Translations under genes and position numbers: made by a program
Shown: piece after piece, positions 59,614-64,000 of the stretch
Position numbering within the stretch: the stretch's first letter is position 1
How the letters are laid out: each line of letters starts with the position of its first letter
Sequence record: DRR723986_1300
DNA: 64,000 bases
Direction: 5' to 3' (one strand)
Notes under the pieces: generated by a model
Told to the model about the DNA's origin: nothing
Database searches by the model: none
Seen by the model: only the letters and a program-made list of their open reading frames with translations

Positions 59614-60552
59614 TCAGATCGCAGAACTGGCGAGTTCTTCCTGCTCCAGTTCTTCCACCCGATCCTGCTCCCACTCGGCGAGATTGAGCTCGATGGCCCA
59701 GAAGCCAAAGATCCACAGGAAGGCATCCCAGGAATACAGGACATAACCGTAGCTGGCCCACAGCACGCCGTTGCCGATGAGGATCAGGTACATCAGGGTC
59801 TTCAGCAGGCGGGTAGGAGCCAGCAAGCGGCTGGTGAAGCGGTCCTCATTCTGCAGTCGTACCTCGACCTCGATCAGCAACACCACGATCAGCCAGGCAA
59901 TAGCGTTGATCAGGTCTATCCAGCTCATGAAGCGTATATGCGGCAGGACGCTGGCGCCTACCAGGGTGCTGTCGCTGGTGAAGCGGTACCAGAGCGTGTC
60001 CGCCGGTAAGCTGGCACAGGTGGCGCTGGTGATTTCGGTGTAATCGACCTGCCCCCACTGCAGCCACAGGCCCTGGTCGGCGAACTGGCACAGGTCCCGC
60101 AGTGCCCCCAGCGATTCCACCTCGTAGTTGCCCATAGACAGGCCGAAATAACCGGTGGCGGCGTAGCAGATAAAGCCGTAACACAGCAGCCTGCCCAGGC
60201 GGAGCGTGCCGGCAACCAGTCGGGTATAGGCATCGTCTGAGAGCTGGTAGGTCTCCAGTTCGAACAGGAAGATCAGGCCGATCCAGCCGATAACATCGAT
60301 CGAGGTGGAAAAGGCTTCGAACCAGGCCGCCCACTCGGTGCTGGAGGCGACAGTGGCCTCCCAGGTCCGGTAATCATCAACGAAGTACTGCCCCATGTTG
60401 ATGATCAGCGAGATATAGACCGTCCACTTGATGACCTGGGATGCGCGCGGGTGGCCGAGCAGGGGGCGCAACAGCCGCTTGATGCCTAAAACATGGGAAA
60501 TGCGGGCCAGTGCCGCGGAAGTGCGTGAGGTCGCCGCCCCGTTTCCGCTCAT
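59614..60552 (-). CDS. Hypothetical integral membrane protein
   Basis: About 6 TM segments, FELETY and WDAFLWIFGFWAIE.N. ATG overlaps the aguB stop (ATGA). Confidence 0.7.
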   Translation of the reverse strand: MSGNGAATSRTSAALARISHVLGIKRLLRPLLGHPRASQVIKWTVYISLIINMGQYFVDDYRTWEATVASSTEWAAWFEAFSTSIDVIGWIGLIFLFELETYQLSDDAYTRLVAGTLRLGRLLCYGFICYAATGYFGLSMGNYEVESLGALRDLCQFADQGLWLQWGQVDYTEITSATCASLPADTLWYRFTSDSTLVGASVLPHIRFMSWIDLINAIAWLIVVLLIEVEVRLQNEDRFTSRLLAPTRLLKTLMYLILIGNGVLWASYGYVLYSWDAFLWIFGFWAIELNLAEWEQDRVEELEQEELASSAI

Positions 60553-61433
60553 CCGGCGGAGCCCGGGCTGTGCTGCACAATGTCGCCGTACAGCTCCGGT
60601 CGTCGATCCCGGAACAGACCCCATTCGGCGCGATAGGCCGCACTCTGGGCAAGGTCCAGTTCGGTGATAAAGACCCCGGGGGTGCAATCATCGGCCTGGG
60701 TGAGAATCTCTCCCGTGTGGTCACAGATGAAGGAGTTGCCGTAGAAGGTCATGCGCAAGCTGTCATCACCTGTCGCCACCTCCTCACCGATCCGGTTGGA
60801 AGCTACCACCGGCACCACGTTGGCTGCGGCGTGACCTTGCATTGTTCGGCGCCAGTGATGGCGTGAATCCAAACCCGGGTTGTGCGGCTCCGAACCGATG
60901 GCGGTGGGATACAGCAGCAGCTCCGCCCCGTTCAGTACCATGCAGCGCGCGGCCTCCGGGAACCACTGGTCCCAGCAGATGCCGGCGCCGATGCGTCCGT
61001 AGCGGGTATCCCATACCTTGAACCCGGTATCGCCGGGGGTGAAGTAGGTTTTCTCCTGGTAGCCGATGCCGTTGGGGATATGGGATTTACGGTAGTAACC
61101 GAGCACGCTGCCGTCGGCATCGATCATCGCCAGGCTGTTGAAATAGCTGTTGCCGTTTTTTTCGAACCAGCTGATTGGCAGCACGATCGCAAGCTCCCGG
61201 GCCAGCTGGCTGAAGTGCTCCAGCATCGGGTTGCCGCTGCGTTCACTGGCCAGGGCCAGGTGCTCGTGGCGCTGTTCTATGCAGAAATACGGCGCCTCAA
61301 ACAGTTCCTGCAGGAGCACGAGATTGGCCCCTGCACGGGCCGACTCCCGGACCAGCGCAGTGGCCTGCTCGAGGTTGGCTGGCAGGTCCCAGCTGCAGGC
61401 CATCTGGGTGGCCGCCACGCAAAGTTTGCTCAC
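60549..61433 (-). CDS. aguB: N-carbamoylputrescine amidase
   Basis: Nitrilase triad LQELF, YRKSHIP and ICWDQWFPE; YPTAIGSEP and MQGHAAAN. Confidence 0.93.
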   Translation of the reverse strand: MSKLCVAATQMACSWDLPANLEQATALVRESARAGANLVLLQELFEAPYFCIEQRHEHLALASERSGNPMLEHFSQLARELAIVLPISWFEKNGNSYFNSLAMIDADGSVLGYYRKSHIPNGIGYQEKTYFTPGDTGFKVWDTRYGRIGAGICWDQWFPEAARCMVLNGAELLLYPTAIGSEPHNPGLDSRHHWRRTMQGHAAANVVPVVASNRIGEEVATGDDSLRMTFYGNSFICDHTGEILTQADDCTPGVFITELDLAQSAAYRAEWGLFRDRRPELYGDIVQHSPGSAG

Positions 61434-61513
61434 TGCATCCCTCCTTCAGATGGGCGTGGAGCATTGGTCAGTTAACGGCTGCTCGTTGCCGGGAATTGTC
61501 AGAGTCTGTCCCG

Positions 61514-61531
61514 TGACTTAGTCTAGGGTCA
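61514..61531. promoter_or_regulatory. Imperfect palindrome in the divergent aguB/aguA intergenic region (operator candidate)
   Basis: TGACTTAGTCTAGGGTCA. It overlaps a minus-strand TTGACC -35-like hexamer. Confidence 0.4.
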
Positions 61532-61563
61532 AGAGCAAACTCCAAACCACAGGATATCTGTCC

Positions 61564-62559
61564 ATGACATATCGCATGCCTGCCGAGTGGTCAACCCATG
61601 AGCGTTGCTGGATGGCCTGGCCCTGCCGGGCAAACCTGTGGAGCGACATTGAGGCAACCCGCAAGGGCTACGCCGCGGTGGCACACGCCATCCGCCGCTT
61701 CGAACCGGTCACCATGCTGGTGCCGCCACAGCTGGCCGCCAGCGCCGCCGACCTGCTGGGCTCGGATATCGACTTACTGGTCGTTCCCATCGATGATTCC
61801 TGGGCGCGCGACAGTGGCCCCTGTTTTGTCACGGATGGCAGCGGCGGACTCGCCGGGGTCAGTTTCGGGTTCAATGCCTGGGGCGGCAAGTACCAGCCTC
61901 ATGACCAGGACGCTCTTATGGCCCAGCGCATTTGCGAGCACCTGGGTGTTCCGGTGCTGGAATCATCAATGATCGCTGAAGGTGGTGGCCTGTGCGTTGA
62001 CGGTGAGGGCACTGTATTGACTACCGACAGCTGTTTCCCCAATGCCAACCGCAACCCGGACTGGTCGCGAACAGCGATCGACGAGGAACTGGCCCGCACC
62101 CTGGGTATCGAGAAAGTTATCTGGTTGCCGGGGGACCCGGAGGATCAGGAGACGGACGGCCATGTGGACGGCATCGCCTGCTTCGCGCGCCCGGGTACGG
62201 TGATTATCGAATCCAGCGATGATCCGCAGGACCCTCGCCAGCCGTTTTTCAACTCGGTGCGCGATGTGCTGGCCCAGGCCACCGATGCCAGGGGGCGGCG
62301 CCTGGAACTGCTGGAGCTGCCGGAAGCGCCGCCGGAGGTCATGCGCGGTGAGCGTTACTGCCCGTCCTACGTGAACTTCTACCTGGCCAACGGTGCGGTG
62401 ATCGCACCGGCGTATCTGTGCGCGGAGGACGCGGTCGTGCGCGAGCGCCTGCAGTCGTTCTTTCCGGATCGGGAGATCGTGCTGGTCCCGATCGATGATA
62501 TTGCCGAGGGTGGTGGGGGTATCCACTGCATCACCCAGCAGCAGCCGCTGGCGGTCTAG
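61564..62559 (+). CDS. aguA: Agmatine deiminase
   Basis: RMPAEW, DDSWARDSGP, FNAWGGK, EGGG, TDGHVD, SYVNFY and GGGIHCITQQQP. Confidence 0.94.
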   Translation: MTYRMPAEWSTHERCWMAWPCRANLWSDIEATRKGYAAVAHAIRRFEPVTMLVPPQLAASAADLLGSDIDLLVVPIDDSWARDSGPCFVTDGSGGLAGVSFGFNAWGGKYQPHDQDALMAQRICEHLGVPVLESSMIAEGGGLCVDGEGTVLTTDSCFPNANRNPDWSRTAIDEELARTLGIEKVIWLPGDPEDQETDGHVDGIACFARPGTVIIESSDDPQDPRQPFFNSVRDVLAQATDARGRRLELLELPEAPPEVMRGERYCPSYVNFYLANGAVIAPAYLCAEDAVVRERLQSFFPDREIVLVPIDDIAEGGGGIHCITQQQPLAV

Positions 62560-62649
62560 CGGACCTACCCCTCGCGGGGGGCGTGCCCTCTTGGCGTTCT
62601 GTACTATAGTGGGGCCGATTCCAGTCAGGGCCCAGCGCGAGGGTAGTTT

Positions 62650-64000
62650 ATGTCCAGTTCATTTCCCGGTCCCAAAACCCGCCAAACCCTGGAGCGCGGC
62701 ATTCCGCTGTTTCGCAATGGCCTGCGCTTCGAGCAGGAGATGGAGAAGGCCGGACGCCGCGGTTTTCGCAGTGCCAACCAGATCGTTGTCGATCGCGCCG
62801 AGGGGGATTTCGTCTGGGATATGGACGGCCGGCGCTACATCGATTTCCAGAATGGCTGGGCGACCAACCCGCTGGGTAACGCCCACCCCGAGATTATCGA
62901 TGCCGTCGATGCCGCTCACCGGCGCTACGGTTTTCACTACGATCACCCGCTGCGCTATGACCTGGCGGAAAAGCTCGCCGAGATCATGCCCGGCAAGGCA
63001 CTCCCGCGCTTTAACTATGAAGTCTCCGGTACCGAAGCGGCAGAAGCTGCGGTCCATCTGGCGCTGACCCACACCCGCCGACGCTACATCATCACCTTCG
63101 CCTCCGCCTATCACGGCAATGCGCTGGGATCCAAGGTGCTCAGCGGTCTGGACAGCGAGCGCTATCGCTATCTCGAGGCCTGGGGCGGGGGAGTGATCAA
63201 GGCGCCGTACCCGTACAGCGACATCCAGCCCGCAGGCATGAGCCAGGAGCAGTACGTCGAGTATTGCCTGTGGTACCTGGAAAACCATATTCCGAACGTC
63301 ATTGCCCCGCGGGACAACATCGCCGGCATCCTGGTGGAGCCTGGCCTTGCCGAGGGCGGTAACTGGATTCCCCCGGGTAACTTCCTGCGCGGCATCCGCG
63401 ATATCTGTGACCGCAACGACTGGCTGATGATCGGCGACGAGGTGCTTACCGGGCTGGGCCGCACTGGCAGGATGTGGGGTGTGGATCACTACGATGTGAT
63501 CCCCGATATCCTGGTGGTAGGCAAGAACCTGTCGGGGGGCATCGCGCCCTGCGCCGGGATCGCCGCCCGCGACGATATCCTCGGTGATGCGCCGGACTTC
63601 GAGTCCGGTTCGACCTTTGCCGGCACCCCGGCGGGCTGTGCCGCGGGTATCAAGACCCTGGAAATCTACGAGCGTGACGGGGTTGTTGCGCATGCCGAGC
63701 GACTGGGCAAGCTGGCGGCGGAGATCATGGCGGGCTGGGAGCGCGACTTCAGTATCGTGCGCCAGGTGCGTGGCAATGGCCTGCTGATGGGCGTGTCCTT
63801 CCAGAGCCCGGGGACGGAAGAGAAAAACTGGTGGTACAGCCGTGCCGTACGCAGCCACATGCTGGAGCGGGGGGTGTGGGCAATCAGCGACCGGGAACAC
63901 GCCATCCGCATGTACCCGGCACTCAACATGGATGAGGCGGTGCTGCTGGAGGGGCTGGAAATCATGCGCGAGGCCATCGCGCAGGTTGAGGAGCAGGGAC
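62650..64000 (+). CDS. Class III PLP aminotransferase (putrescine/4-aminobutyrate transaminase-like), runs off the window end
   Basis: Open frame from ATG 62650 (missing from the ORF track because no stop is in the window): AEG..VWD.DGRRYIDF, SGTEAAE, YHG, DEVLTGLGRTG, GKNLSGG, STFAG and RG.GLL.GV. Confidence 0.9.
   Translation, partial: MSSSFPGPKTRQTLERGIPLFRNGLRFEQEMEKAGRRGFRSANQIVVDRAEGDFVWDMDGRRYIDFQNGWATNPLGNAHPEIIDAVDAAHRRYGFHYDHPLRYDLAEKLAEIMPGKALPRFNYEVSGTEAAEAAVHLALTHTRRRYIITFASAYHGNALGSKVLSGLDSERYRYLEAWGGGVIKAPYPYSDIQPAGMSQEQYVEYCLWYLENHIPNVIAPRDNIAGILVEPGLAEGGNWIPPGNFLRGIRDICDRNDWLMIGDEVLTGLGRTGRMWGVDHYDVIPDILVVGKNLSGGIAPCAGIAARDDILGDAPDFESGSTFAGTPAGCAAGIKTLEIYERDGVVAHAERLGKLAAEIMAGWERDFSIVRQVRGNGLLMGVSFQSPGTEEKNWWYSRAVRSHMLERGVWAISDREHAIRMYPALNMDEAVLLEGLEIMREAIAQVEEQG

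Overview
GC-rich gammaproteobacterial chromosomal window. The gene content suggests a marine Cellvibrionales/Halieaceae-like organism, which is an inference. No rRNA, tRNA, CRISPR array or mobile element was seen. Left end: manB (3' end), pgi, ispB and rplU-rpmA-obgE-proB. The main feature is a minus-strand extracellular electron transfer locus at about 11.3-20.0 kb: menA-like prenyltransferase, a perfect FNR-type box, a NapC/CymA-type tetraheme, an unusual mosaic multiheme cytochrome, then mtrA-mtrB-mtrC/omcA, with hemH nearby. The mosaic cytochrome reads as MtrA hemes 1-6, then the two C-terminal NapC/CymA hemes, then a NirB/c552-like diheme domain. The rest holds lipid/acyl-CoA genes, two tandem COQ8-like kinases, an MFS gene behind a leader peptide and terminator, fhs with a duplicated HxlR, a photolyase/cryptochrome cluster, a TIR-TM-TPR protein, a trpB2-TonB receptor-AhpD-like operon and agmatine/polyamine catabolism genes. 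All calls come from reading motifs by eye; no database searches were run.
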